The position numbers and the translations under genes were made by a program. A stretch of 35,992 nucleotides of DNA. It comes from Opitutaceae bacterium. Its GTDB lineage: Bacteria > Verrucomicrobiota > Verrucomicrobiia > Opitutales > Coraliomargaritaceae. Below are positions 20,744 to 30,588 of this stretch, one piece after another. The stretch lies in the NCBI GenBank assembly GCA_051252375.1, contig JBPOFY010000015.1, forward strand, positions 1-35,992, given 5' to 3'. The number at the start of each line of letters is the position of its first letter. Position 1 is the stretch's first letter. The notes below the pieces were generated by a model. The model did not search any database and was not told the DNA's origin. It saw nothing but the letters and a program-made list of their open reading frames with translations.

Positions 20744-20822
20744 TGTAGCCACGGCAGTCTCTGCCGTGTTTCTGAGGAGCCCGCTAACACGACGCAACAC
20801 GGCAGAGACTGCCGTGGCTACA
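20744..20822. repeat. GTAG-type REP doublet (REPIN-like), unit 1
   Basis: TGTAGCCACGGCAGTCTCTGCCGTGTT and its perfect reverse complement, 25 nt apart. Confidence 0.85.
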
Positions 20823-20927
20823 ACTCCTCGATTGGCGAGGGCGAGGTAGGGACGCCTGCCCCTAGGCGTCAGCGATTTGTATTACCGCAACGAACGTCTA
20901 AAACAGACGATTCGCCCGATCTCCATC

Positions 20928-21014
20928 GTGTAGCCACGGCACTCTGTGCCGTGTCATAGCAAAGCCCGCCACAAACAACACGACGCAACACGGCAGGGAC
21001 TGCCGTGGCTACAC
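20928..21014. repeat. GTAG-type REP doublet (REPIN-like), unit 2
   Basis: GTGTAGCCACGGCACTCTGTGCCGTGT ... ACACGGCAGGGACTGCCGTGGCTACAC; shares the spacer AACACGACGC with unit 1. Confidence 0.85.
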
Positions 21015-21151
21015 TACCCCTACCCCCTAACCGCTCACCACCTACAAAATTCAGGTCAAAAAACTCTTTGAAACTTTTTGAATCATACTGGCGATTAGAA
21101 GTTCAAGCAGACAACACAGCGCTGCGAAACTAAAATTAAAAGGAAACCATT

Positions 21152-21658
21152 ATGAAAACAAAGACATACCTACTCGCATTATCATTAGCTTGCCTCATCC
21201 CGGCACTCTCTCAGGCCAAGCCTGAAGGCGGTCAAGGAAAAGGCGCACGCCCAGAAGGTGGTCGCCCACCAGCAGGCGAACTCTTTAAGAAATTGGATGC
21301 TGACCAAAGCGGCACCATTTCAAAAGAAGAAGCCAAAGGCCCACTCGCTGAAAACTTCGATGAAATCGACGCAGACGGCGACGGTGAAATCACCAAAGAC
21401 GAGCTCAAAGCAGCCGCTGAAGAACGTGGCGGCGACCGCGGTGGCAAAATGAAGGAAGCTGACACCGATGAAAACGGCAGCATCTCCAAAGCAGAAGCTG
21501 AAGCAGCCGGACTCGATCGCCTCGTTGAGAACTTCGACAAGCTCGACGGCGATGGCGACGGTGAAATCACCAGGGAAGAGTTCAAAGCAGCCGCTGAAAA
21601 ACGTGGCGGCGAGCGCAAAGGCAAGGGCAAAGGCGAAGGTCTCAAGATCGAAGACTAA
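21152..21658 (+). CDS. Secreted EF-hand Ca2+-binding protein (4 EF-hands)
   Basis: Signal peptide; DADQSGTISKEE, DADGDGEITKDE, DTDENGSISKAE, DGDGDGEITREE; AAGGA SD. Confidence 0.9.
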   Translation: MKTKTYLLALSLACLIPALSQAKPEGGQGKGARPEGGRPPAGELFKKLDADQSGTISKEEAKGPLAENFDEIDADGDGEITKDELKAAAEERGGDRGGKMKEADTDENGSISKAEAEAAGLDRLVENFDKLDGDGDGEITREEFKAAAEKRGGERKGKGKGEGLKIED

Positions 21659-21679
21659 TCCCCTCCAATACAATATTTC

Positions 21680-21712
21680 AAAGCCCGGGCACCGAAAGGT
21701 CCTGGGCTTTTT
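21680..21712 (+). terminator. Rho-independent terminator
   Basis: AAAGCCCGGGCACC-GAAA-GGTCCTGGGCTTTTT. Confidence 0.85.
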
Positions 21713-21871
21713 CATGGAAAGGTAGCGGCGGTCGTCCCGATCGCCATCAACAGTCCGCGTGACACAGGCATTCCTGCCTGTGATTCCAGAGAACACTGGA
21801 TTCGACACGCTCACGGCGGACCAGTTTATCCACCATCGCCGCGCTACCGCGCTTCGTTAGCACCCCAAACA

Positions 21872-21964
21872 AACCTCCCAACCTCCAAACCTCCCAACCT
21901 CCCAACCTCCCAAACTTCCCAACCTCTCAACCTCCCAACCTCTCAACCTCCCAACCTCTCAACC
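21872..21964 (+). repeat. Octamer tandem array (AACCTCCC/AACCTCTC) x~11
   Basis: Directly visible. Confidence 0.95.
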
Positions 21965-22086
21965 AGCATCACGTAAATAATGTCCTCAGGCCTCATTCAT
22001 TGCGCTTGTAAGTAGAATAAAAACTGTCAAATGGAAACTCAGCAGATACTGTTGAATCTGCGCCAACCTCATACAAAGGAACACAA

Positions 22087-22407
22087 ATGAAAATTAAAGC
22101 ATTACTCCTCAGCACGATCTTCGCTGCTTGCATTATCCCATCCCTTGCTCAAGCCGCCAAGACCGAAGAGGGCAAAGGCGAAAAGAAGGCACCAGACCAT
22201 GCGAAATTGTTCGCAAAGCTTGATGCTGACGAAAGCGGCGAACTCTCCAAAGAAGAAGTGGCCAAGAACAAAGGACTCGTCAAAAAGTTCGACAAACTCG
22301 ACGCTGACGAAAGCGGCGAACTCTCACTCAGTGAGTTTAAAGCCGGCTCAAGCAAAAAAGAGAAAAAGCCTAAAAAGGAAAAAGAAGAAGACTCCGGCGA
22401 CGAGTAA
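22087..22407 (+). CDS. Secreted EF-hand protein (2 EF-hands)
   Basis: Signal peptide; two DADESGELS..E loops; AAAGGA SD. Confidence 0.9.
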   Translation: MKIKALLLSTIFAACIIPSLAQAAKTEEGKGEKKAPDHAKLFAKLDADESGELSKEEVAKNKGLVKKFDKLDADESGELSLSEFKAGSSKKEKKPKKEKEEDSGDE

Positions 22408-22428
22408 ACTTCGATACCAGTATTTCAC

Positions 22429-22461
22429 AAAGCCCGGGCACCGAAAGGTCCCGGGCTTTTT
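22429..22461 (+). terminator. Rho-independent terminator (near-identical to 21680)
   Basis: AAAGCCCGGGCACC-GAAA-GGTCCCGGGCTTTTT. Confidence 0.85.
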
Positions 22462-22540
22462 CATGGAAAGGTAGCGGCGGTCGTCCCGACCGCCATCAGG
22501 AGCCAGGGGACAGGAGTCAGAAGTCAGATTATAGCTTCGC

Positions 22541-22680
22541 TCAACCTCTCAACCTCCCAACCTCCCAACCTCTCAACCTCCCAACCTCCCAACCTCTCAA
22601 CCTCCCAACCTCCCAACCTCCCAACCTCCCAACCTCCCAACCTCCCAACCTCCCAACCTCCCAACCTCCCAACCTCCCAC
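22541..22680 (+). repeat. Octamer tandem array (AACCTCCC) x~17
   Basis: Directly visible; the second half consists of perfect units. Confidence 0.95.
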
Positions 22681-22820
22681 CCCTCCTTTTCCTTTGCATC
22701 TATAGCTCGATGCTGTTTATTTCCCGCGCCTTACGATTTCAAGAGCTCAGCCCGCAGCCTTAGCTCTCCACTCAGAGTGCTTCTGACTTCTGAATCCTAG
22801 CTTCTAAATTCTTTTCAAAA

Positions 22821-24445
<1,625 letters not shown>

Positions 24446-24449
<4 letters not shown>

Positions 24450-24890
24450 GCGCGGCGTCCGAAGGCCGCCGTAGGAGTCAGGAGTTAGCGTGACACAGAC
24501 ATTCTTGTCTGTGGTTAAATGAGCACCGGCGGCAAGATCACCCGACTCTACAGGCTCACGCGGACCGGCATTCGTAAGGGTCCAAAACCACTCCGACGTG
24601 GGATTAACCGCAGAGTTCGCAAAGGACGCGGAGTCATTTTAGGTAGCGGCGGACGTCCCGACCGCCATTGCAGCGTTGTTAGCCAGTAGAGACGGAGGCT
24701 TACAACGACGTGGATTTTTACAGAATCATTTGGCGGCAGACGTAGGTCTGACGGAGATGGCGTAGCAATCATTACTGCTCCGACGTAAATTCTTAAAGAT
24801 ACTAAGGCAACGACGCGATTCGAGTAAAACCACTCCTTTCATTCAAAATTGGAAGTTGGAAGTTCAACGTTCGACGTTCCCCACCTCCCC
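24446..24890. repeat. Mosaic of several REP-like hairpins and short repeats
   Basis: GTAGGCGCGGC..GCCGCC (24446); CGTGACACAGACATTCTTGTCTGTG (24489); GGTAGCGGCGGACGTCCCGACCGCCAT (24642, third copy after 21721 and 22470); heptamer block 24841-24887. Confidence 0.7.
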
Positions 24891-25105
24891 ATCACCTATT
24901 AGCAATTATTCATAACAGCAAAGCCGTTAATTTTGCTTTGCCAGTGAGCAAACAAACGCATTCAATTTAAGTCATTCAGCCCGCAGACCGCCAATGCCTG
25001 CCCCACTAAGCTAAGATCACGAATTCCTATCATGCAAAAAGACGCACGCCAGCCAGCAGCTATACAATTCCAGGAAGTTCGCCACCGCTCTGCACGTGCA
25101 ATTGC

Positions 25106-25193
25106 AAACATAACGACATGACCCCATTTTCAGCCCGACCCCATTTTCAGCCCTCAACCACAAAGGTAATGACATGACCCCATTTCAGCCCTC
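25106..25193 (+). repeat. Three copies of the (GACAT)GACCCCATTT(T)CAGCC site
   Basis: Copies at about 25115, 25137 (partial) and 25171; a fourth at 25735; an inverted copy at 31995. Confidence 0.85.
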
Positions 25194-25270
25194 CGGCGGA
25201 TCAAAGAGTCTTGTGCGGGCGTCGCGAAGCAAAGAACCAAGTCGGATCAGTCATCATTCATCATTCATCA

Positions 25271-25349
25271 GTCATCACACCAAAGGTGCAGTCATCACAC
25301 CAAAGGTGCAGTCATCACACCAAAGGTGCAGTCATCGCACCGCAGGTGC
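25271..25349 (+). repeat. 20-bp tandem repeat GTCATCACACCAAAGGTGCA x3 plus one degenerate copy
   Basis: Perfect head-to-tail units with no spacers; internal CACC-AAA-GGTG mini-hairpin. Confidence 0.9.
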
Positions 25350-25725
25350 TCCCGTCACACACGAACTGCAGAAAAATCCCCTCACCTCGCCAATGGAGGG
25401 CAAAGTTCCACCTTTGCCGCCACGCATGGATCGCTTTAAAAAAAAGCCCTAGTTACATTTCAGAGGAGGCACTTAGAGAATTCCCGCTCCTGATAAAACC
25501 ACGTGAGACGAAGTCTTTTACGTGGACTATGCTGAAACAAACGCTTTTTATGCTAGGAGTGTTCACCCCCATAGACCGCCAATGTCTCACCCACTCCGCT
25601 AAGATCGCGAATTTCTTTCATGCATAAAGACGTAAGCCAGCACGATATTGACCTTCCGCCCGGTCCGGAATGCCTCATTCCTTCGATTGAAGTAGAAGAA
25701 GCTCAAGTCGTCCAGTCACGATTAT

Positions 25726-25755
25726 AAACAGAACGACATGACCTCATTTTCAGCC
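25726..25755 (+). repeat. GACATGACC(C/T)CATTTTCAGCC site immediately upstream of the first TIR gene
   Basis: 28/30 identical to 25106-25135. Confidence 0.85.
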
Positions 25756-25788
25756 TCTAGCATAAACCTTACGTTACCTTAGAAAAAC

Positions 25789-26649
25789 ATGCCTATCTCT
25801 ATTAGCTATTCAAATATCGATTCGGACTTTGCACTGAATCTAACTCAGCAAATATTCCGAAAAGGAGGCCACGTCTGGATTGATCAATGTGAGATAGTTC
25901 CAGGCGAGTCGATCTACGAAAAGGTGCAAGAGGCATTCTCATCTGCTTCCGTAATCATCGCTATTCTCACTCCCGAATCACTCCAATCATTCTGGTGCAA
26001 GAAGGAAGTTGCGACCGCAATGACACGCGAGATTGAAGAACGGCGAGTCCTTCTAATACCAGTGCTGTTAAGAGACTGTGAAATTCCTCTGTTTTTGAAG
26101 GATAAGAAATATGCAGATTTCAGAGAGGATTTCGATAGGGGTATGAGCGAATTGATGCCAGCAATTGAAAAATATGGAGTTCCGAATGCAGGACGAATTG
26201 AAGCTGGATCTGGGGATTTCACAAATGACTACTCGTATGAAGTAAATGTTGAGAATTGTCGTTTAACAATGCGTTTTTTGTTGTTTCAACATTCACAAAA
26301 GATGCCCATTTCGATTTTTTCGGATATTTCGTTTCAATTTAATCAGGAGGCCTCAGCAGAGTGGATGCAATTACATAAGAGAGGATATGATGCCTTTGCG
26401 GAAATGACACTAGTTGACTGGGCATGCAAACATGCTGCAAACGAAGACTGGTTAGTAATCCTCGAGAGCCCTGCTCCTGTTTCAAAAAAATGGGTGATCG
26501 AAGACTCGAAAACTGATTTCAAATGTAACTTAACGTTTACTTGCAGGCGCCTTGGCGACGAAACTGGCCAAGCAACGATGGTTAGGGGGCACTCCGAATT
26601 TGAGAAGATTATTGATCTGATGAAGACAAGAGTGCGCCCAGCGCAATAA
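25789..26649 (+). CDS. TIR_2-domain protein with an uncharacterised C-terminal domain
   Basis: ISYSNID..FA..L, VWIDQCEI.PGESI, ILTPES..S.WC.KE (catalytic Glu), LIPVL..DCEIP.FL..K.YADF. Confidence 0.9.
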   Translation: MPISISYSNIDSDFALNLTQQIFRKGGHVWIDQCEIVPGESIYEKVQEAFSSASVIIAILTPESLQSFWCKKEVATAMTREIEERRVLLIPVLLRDCEIPLFLKDKKYADFREDFDRGMSELMPAIEKYGVPNAGRIEAGSGDFTNDYSYEVNVENCRLTMRFLLFQHSQKMPISIFSDISFQFNQEASAEWMQLHKRGYDAFAEMTLVDWACKHAANEDWLVILESPAPVSKKWVIEDSKTDFKCNLTFTCRRLGDETGQATMVRGHSEFEKIIDLMKTRVRPAQ

Positions 26650-26759
26650 ACCACCGGAAAAATCGAAACGGTAAAAGGTGCCAAACGCAAATCCGAGATT
26701 AACAAAAACCCTAATCTCAGTCCGACTCAAATCAATCAAACCTTTTCAATTCATACATA

Positions 26760-27299
26760 ATGCTGTCATTCATAACTCCAGACGAATTAATAGGTTTCGG
26801 AAAGACATACCAAGAGACATTACGCGAGGAGAAGGCAACCGCGTCAACTGGTCGCCCAACGTTCCTTTCGCATTCAACACAAGACGACGACTTAATCCCT
26901 GGAGCTAAGCTCATTTTAGAAAAACATGGAGCGTTGGTTTATACTGACGATGAAGACGAAAGCCTGCCGAGCAATCCAACCCCTGAAACCGCTGATATTC
27001 TTAGAAAGAATATTCAAAGATGCCCAAAGTTTGTTCTATTCGTAACTAAGAACGGAAAAGACAGTAATTGGATACCTTGGGAACTTGGACTTGCTGATGG
27101 AATCCATCATAGTCCCAATGTTGCGTTATTCCCATCTGCCGAAAATCAATTCGACCAGACATGGTCTGAACGGGAATATTTGGGTTTATACTTAAGAATC
27201 CTATGGGGAAATATCGATGGGTATGAAAAACCGCTTTGGATGGTTATTAATCACAGAACAATGGCAGCAACTCCACTAAGAAAATGGATCAATGCATAA
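26760..27299 (+). CDS. Stand-alone TIR-domain protein
   Basis: FLSHSTQD, VYTD..D..LP, FVLFVT.N...SNWIPWELGLADG. Confidence 0.88.
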   Translation: MLSFITPDELIGFGKTYQETLREEKATASTGRPTFLSHSTQDDDLIPGAKLILEKHGALVYTDDEDESLPSNPTPETADILRKNIQRCPKFVLFVTKNGKDSNWIPWELGLADGIHHSPNVALFPSAENQFDQTWSEREYLGLYLRILWGNIDGYEKPLWMVINHRTMAATPLRKWINA

Positions 27300-27368
27300 T
27301 CTATTTTAATCCCATTAGTCCTCTAAACTAGAATCGCCGAAGCTAAAAAAAACACAGAAAGCAAATAT

Positions 27369-27911
27369 ATGAGTAATCGTCACAATGTATTCATCAGCTA
27401 CCATCACCAAAATGATGAAGCTTATAAAATCGAATTCGAAAAATTATTTTCTGGGATATACGATATAATGGAAACGAAAGCAGTCAGTGATGGTGATATT
27501 GACCCTTACTTAAATACTGAAACCATTCGACAACAAATCCGTGACAATTTCATTCGTTCGGCAAGCGTTACCGTTGTTCTAATCGGTTCGGAGACCTGGA
27601 AGAGAAAACATGTCGACTGGGAGATTTCATCAAGTCTCCGCAACACCCAACGAAACCCTCGAACTGGGTTAATTGGCATTATACTTCCAACATATCCCAG
27701 AACCGATACCAGTAAATATTCCAGAGGAACTATACCACCAAGACTATACGACAATATAGATTCGGGATATGCCAGTATTCACAACTGGTCAAATGATCCA
27801 ACAATAGTTCAGAACTGGATACATAAAGCATTCAAACGTCGAGATCAGCAAAACCCGAGCAATTCGCGAGAAATGTTCGGAAAAAATAGGTCAGCTGATA
27901 GCTGGACTTAA
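27369..27911 (+). CDS. ThsB-like TIR protein (MTH538/DUF1863 family)
   Basis: VFISYHH.ND, IRD.FI..ASVTVVLIG.ETWKRKHVDWEI.SSL, P RL.DN. Confidence 0.9.
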   Translation: MSNRHNVFISYHHQNDEAYKIEFEKLFSGIYDIMETKAVSDGDIDPYLNTETIRQQIRDNFIRSASVTVVLIGSETWKRKHVDWEISSSLRNTQRNPRTGLIGIILPTYPRTDTSKYSRGTIPPRLYDNIDSGYASIHNWSNDPTIVQNWIHKAFKRRDQQNPSNSREMFGKNRSADSWT

Positions 27912-27930
27912 ACATTAAAACCCACCGATA

Positions 27931-28494
27931 ATGAACCAATTTGGAATTCCGACTCCCATTAAACGCAGAGTCTTCATTTCGCATCACAAAAATGATCGAA
28001 TTGAAGTAGATGCCTTCATTCGCCAATTTGCGAACATCTTCACTCCTTTTGTTTTGGGAGCGAACCAGAATTACGACCTAATAAATAGTAGCAACACTGA
28101 CTACGTAATGTCTCAAATCCGAACTAGGTATTTGAAGAACACGACCATAACCATCGTCCTACTAGGCTCATGCACCCATAGTCGCCGCTACGTCGATTGG
28201 GAGCTAAAGTCATCCCTCCGGCAAGGGGATTACACTCCTAATGGAGTAATGAGCATCATCCTACCAAGTCTTGGCCAGAGCGCTCACCTTCCTTCACGTT
28301 TGGAAGAAAATTGGGCACCCGATCACATCAACTGTTATGCTCGACATTGGGCATACCCCCATTCTGGAAGTGAATTAAGAGAATTTATTGAAGACGCTCA
28401 TCAAGCACGAACAACGCGTGCCCACTTGATTAAAAATTCGCAGGACATGATGAAGAAGAACAGATGCTGCAAGGTCTGTAATTTAACGCATTAA
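27931..28494 (+). CDS. ThsB-like TIR protein (MTH538/DUF1863 family) with a Cys/His-rich tail
   Basis: VFISHH.ND, YVMSQIR..YL...TITIVLLG.CT.SRRYVDWELKSSL, LP.RL..N; ends RCCKVCNLTH. Confidence 0.9.
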   Translation: MNQFGIPTPIKRRVFISHHKNDRIEVDAFIRQFANIFTPFVLGANQNYDLINSSNTDYVMSQIRTRYLKNTTITIVLLGSCTHSRRYVDWELKSSLRQGDYTPNGVMSIILPSLGQSAHLPSRLEENWAPDHINCYARHWAYPHSGSELREFIEDAHQARTTRAHLIKNSQDMMKKNRCCKVCNLTH

Positions 28495-28497
28495 CTA

Positions 28498-30534
28498 ATG
28501 AATGCCCAACCAAATACCAAATACAAAGCACCTCTAGCTATCGTATTCGTATGGCATCCCGAAGATGCCGACGTCGCTAAACCTCTTTATGATGCATGCA
28601 TCGAGTTGTTGAGCCGCGACTCGAATCGTCCTTTTTCAAGGTCGCTCAATATTCCAGTATTTCACCAGACCAGTGAAGGTGACGAGCCGCCTGCTCACTT
28701 AGAACTGAATGCCGAGATCACGCTCTACATGCCGTTCCTCAGCATGAATGTCGTTGGGTGTGAAAACTGGAGGCCCTATGCAGAAAGTATTCCATTAGAC
28801 GCAGAGAACAAAATCATCCCTATTGGTTTGGATGACACGAGTTATAACACTCAGGGAAATGTTGAAGGGTTAAACTTCATACGCGCAAGCGACTATCTGG
28901 GAGATCTAAAAAATCAGAATCTCATCCTATCCATCCTACACGAGATTTACCGTCACGCCTTGAATGAAAGCGCTGAAGAACTGACACTCGGCACCGAATC
29001 AGCTATCGTGATTTTTCTCAGCCATGCCAAAGACGCTGGGTGTGGTCTGGCATTAGCACAGGCGCTCAAAGTGATCATTGATAAGGGGAAATTTAATAAT
29101 TTTTTCGACGCAAACGACATCGGTGCAGGCAAAGCCTTCGATTCAGAAATCCTCGGTAACATCAGAAAGTCCACAATTGTTGCGATTCACAGCGATATTT
29201 ACTCATCCAGATATTGGTGCCAACGGGAGATCATCAGCGCCAAGGTTGAGAATCGCCCCATAGTGGCAATTGATCTTATTGATGAGTATGAGGACCGCCG
29301 CTTTCCAAATGGATCAAATATTCCATGCCTACGAGTGCCCTGTCAGGAGGATTTAACTTTTGATGACAGCATTCTTCTTAAGATACTCACATTCGCGATC
29401 CTCGAAACGATTCGATACAACTATTCGAAGTTGCTCCTGAAGCAGGCACAAGTTGCCGGCTGGTTTCCCAGTAAAGCCTTCCTATCCTCACGACCGCCCG
29501 AAGCCTCATCGTATAACCTAGCAAGGAATGCATCGAGTGCAGCTCTAACCGATAATATTGATTTTGTTTACCCAGAGCCACCAATCTACGCGGAGGAGTT
29601 GGATCACCTGAAAGAGTATAACTGCAATGCATACACACCGCTCACCTATGAAAGTGAATCTCTCGTCGGTCTGAAGATTGGCATTTCCATATCTAATCCA
29701 AACCCAGAAAATCTGGATACTGTAGGCCAACACAAAGCCTACCATGGGTTGCTAGCTCAGGACCTTGGCCGCCACATACTCGCACGAGGAGGGAACTTAA
29801 TCTACGGTGGTGATTTTAGAGACGATGGTATCACGAAGTTCCTTGTCACAGAAGCTCAGGCGCTGAAAGACCGAACAAAGGCAACAAATATACTGATCCA
29901 AAACTACGTGGCATGGCCTATTCACCTCAAAGAGAAGGCAACTACGAAGCAATGGATCGCCTATTACCATGATGTTGCTGAATTCATCCGAAGAGAATGT
30001 TCGGAGGGCTTAAGTGATTTGGTTAAAGATCCCTCGATTTCTATAGATTCAGATTCGGCTGAGAACCTCTTTGTATGGGCACAGAACCTTAGCTCAATGA
30101 GAGCTGAAATGATCGGAAACTGTGATATACGTATTAGCGCTGCGGGGAAACATGTAGGATTTCTCAGTTGTATGCCAGGTGTTCTCGAAGAGATCTCCAT
30201 CGCAATTACTACTAATAAACCACTGTTTTTGGCTGGTGGTTTTGGTGGGGTAACGGGAAGTGTGTGTAGGATGATCGAGACGGAAAGCTGTCCTGAAGAA
30301 CTTACACTGGATTGGCAGATGCATAATAATCCCAATCTTAAAGACATGTATGACTATGCCAAAACACGAGGTATTGATTACTACGCATTATACGAGTCTG
30401 CTTTGGCGGGAATTGCAGGTCTAACTTTTGCCAATGGTCTGTCCGTTGAAGAGAACACGCGTCTAATGAAAACCCAATTTATAGACGAAGCCCTGCACCT
30501 GATTCTGAAAGGCCTTAAAAACCTCAAAAACTGA
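28498..30534 (+). CDS. TIR-SLOG fusion (degenerate TIR-like N-terminus, TIR, SLOG cluster-2-like domain)
   Basis: Central TIR IFLSHAK, FFDA.DI.AG, YSSR.WCQRE; C-terminal SLOG IGISIS, LIYGGD.R, LS.MR..M, MPGVLEE, PLFL.GGFGG. Confidence 0.85.
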   Translation: MNAQPNTKYKAPLAIVFVWHPEDADVAKPLYDACIELLSRDSNRPFSRSLNIPVFHQTSEGDEPPAHLELNAEITLYMPFLSMNVVGCENWRPYAESIPLDAENKIIPIGLDDTSYNTQGNVEGLNFIRASDYLGDLKNQNLILSILHEIYRHALNESAEELTLGTESAIVIFLSHAKDAGCGLALAQALKVIIDKGKFNNFFDANDIGAGKAFDSEILGNIRKSTIVAIHSDIYSSRYWCQREIISAKVENRPIVAIDLIDEYEDRRFPNGSNIPCLRVPCQEDLTFDDSILLKILTFAILETIRYNYSKLLLKQAQVAGWFPSKAFLSSRPPEASSYNLARNASSAALTDNIDFVYPEPPIYAEELDHLKEYNCNAYTPLTYESESLVGLKIGISISNPNPENLDTVGQHKAYHGLLAQDLGRHILARGGNLIYGGDFRDDGITKFLVTEAQALKDRTKATNILIQNYVAWPIHLKEKATTKQWIAYYHDVAEFIRRECSEGLSDLVKDPSISIDSDSAENLFVWAQNLSSMRAEMIGNCDIRISAAGKHVGFLSCMPGVLEEISIAITTNKPLFLAGGFGGVTGSVCRMIETESCPEELTLDWQMHNNPNLKDMYDYAKTRGIDYYALYESALAGIAGLTFANGLSVEENTRLMKTQFIDEALHLILKGLKNLKN

Positions 30535-30588
30535 ACAACTAACTTCCGCTCAACTTTACCTACTCCACCCCTTAGCAAGATACTTATA

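Noticed and set aside
25271..25349. CRISPR array
   Set aside because: The repeats are head-to-tail with no spacers, and there are no cas genes.
25174..25627. ORFs 25174-25452 and 25211-25627 as real genes
   Set aside because: They are built largely from translated tandem repeats and REP-like DNA, with no protein motif.
28498..30534. Canonical ThsA (SIR2-SLOG or TM-Macro)
   Set aside because: No SIR2 GAGxS motif, TM helices or Macro domain; the N-terminal half is TIR-like.
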